Assembly (NCBI RefSeq): GCF_044704955.1
Contig: NC_092001.1
Coordinates: 19,530,001 to 19,594,000 of the forward strand
Length of the DNA: 64,000 nucleotides
Source: Pristiophorus japonicus
Lineage: Eukaryota
Direction: 5' to 3'
Positions 63,664 to 64,000 of this stretch are shown piece after piece. A program made the position numbers and the translations under genes. How positions within the stretch are numbered: the first letter of the stretch is position 1; every line of letters starts with the position of its first letter. The notes beneath the pieces are model-generated. The model was not told the DNA's origin. It did not search any database and worked only from the letters and a program-made list of their open reading frames with translations.

Positions 63664-64000
63664 CTAAAGATCCGCGGGAACCGGTCGTGTCTGTCCTCCT
63701 GCCCTCGGCAGAAGAAATCTCCGCTCAGAGGTTGGTCAGCCTCACCTGCTTAGTGAGAGGTTTCTCCCCCCGAGAGATCTTCGTCAAGTGGACCGTCAAT
63801 GACAAGCCGGTGAATTCGGGCAACCACACGGACACCGAGGTGAAGACGGATAACAGCAGCAGCTCTTTCTTCACGTACAGCCTGTTATCCATTGCAGCCG
63901 AGGAGTGGGTCAGCGGTGCTTCTTACTCCTGTGTGGTAGGACATGAAGCCATCCCCTTGAAGACCATCATCAGAACAGTCAATAAATCCAGCGGTAAACC
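63664..64000 (+). pseudogene. IGHM: IgM constant exon Cmu4 (open) into the start of the secretory tail; truncated by window end
   Basis: [35 protein letters not shown]...[12 protein letters not shown]...VNKSSGKP; internal G|GTAAA donor for the TM form at 63993/63994. Confidence 0.96.

Overview
This is eukaryotic DNA from a cartilaginous fish (shark-type), judged from the cluster-type IgH locus and the repeat content. The right quarter (49.4-64 kb, + strand) holds one unrearranged immunoglobulin heavy-chain cluster: leader, VH, D1, D2, JH, then Cmu1-Cmu4, with the window ending at the start of the secretory tail. The constant exons are clearly IgM, but the leader and VH look IgW-type, so this may be a germline IgW-V/IgM-C chimera. 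The cluster appears to be a pseudogene: the VH RSS heptamer reads CAGAGCG, JH reads WVQD instead of WGQG, Cmu1 has an in-frame stop, and Cmu2 has an ~11-nt frameshifting deletion. The left ~35 kb is an old tandem triplication (units A, B, C). Each unit carries a conserved minus-strand NF-kB+TATA promoter with candidate 5' exons, and a distal CRE/E-box/NF-kB/IRF(/octamer) motif block; the gene these would drive is not identifiable in the window. The rest is transposon and satellite DNA: many CR1 LINE fragments (one long), RTE fragments, Deu-type SINEs, a decayed Gypsy LTR element, a decayed PIF/Harbinger transposon, a 27-bp satellite and a ~67-bp minisatellite. Family assignments rest on recalled motifs, not database searches; repeat boundaries are approximate.
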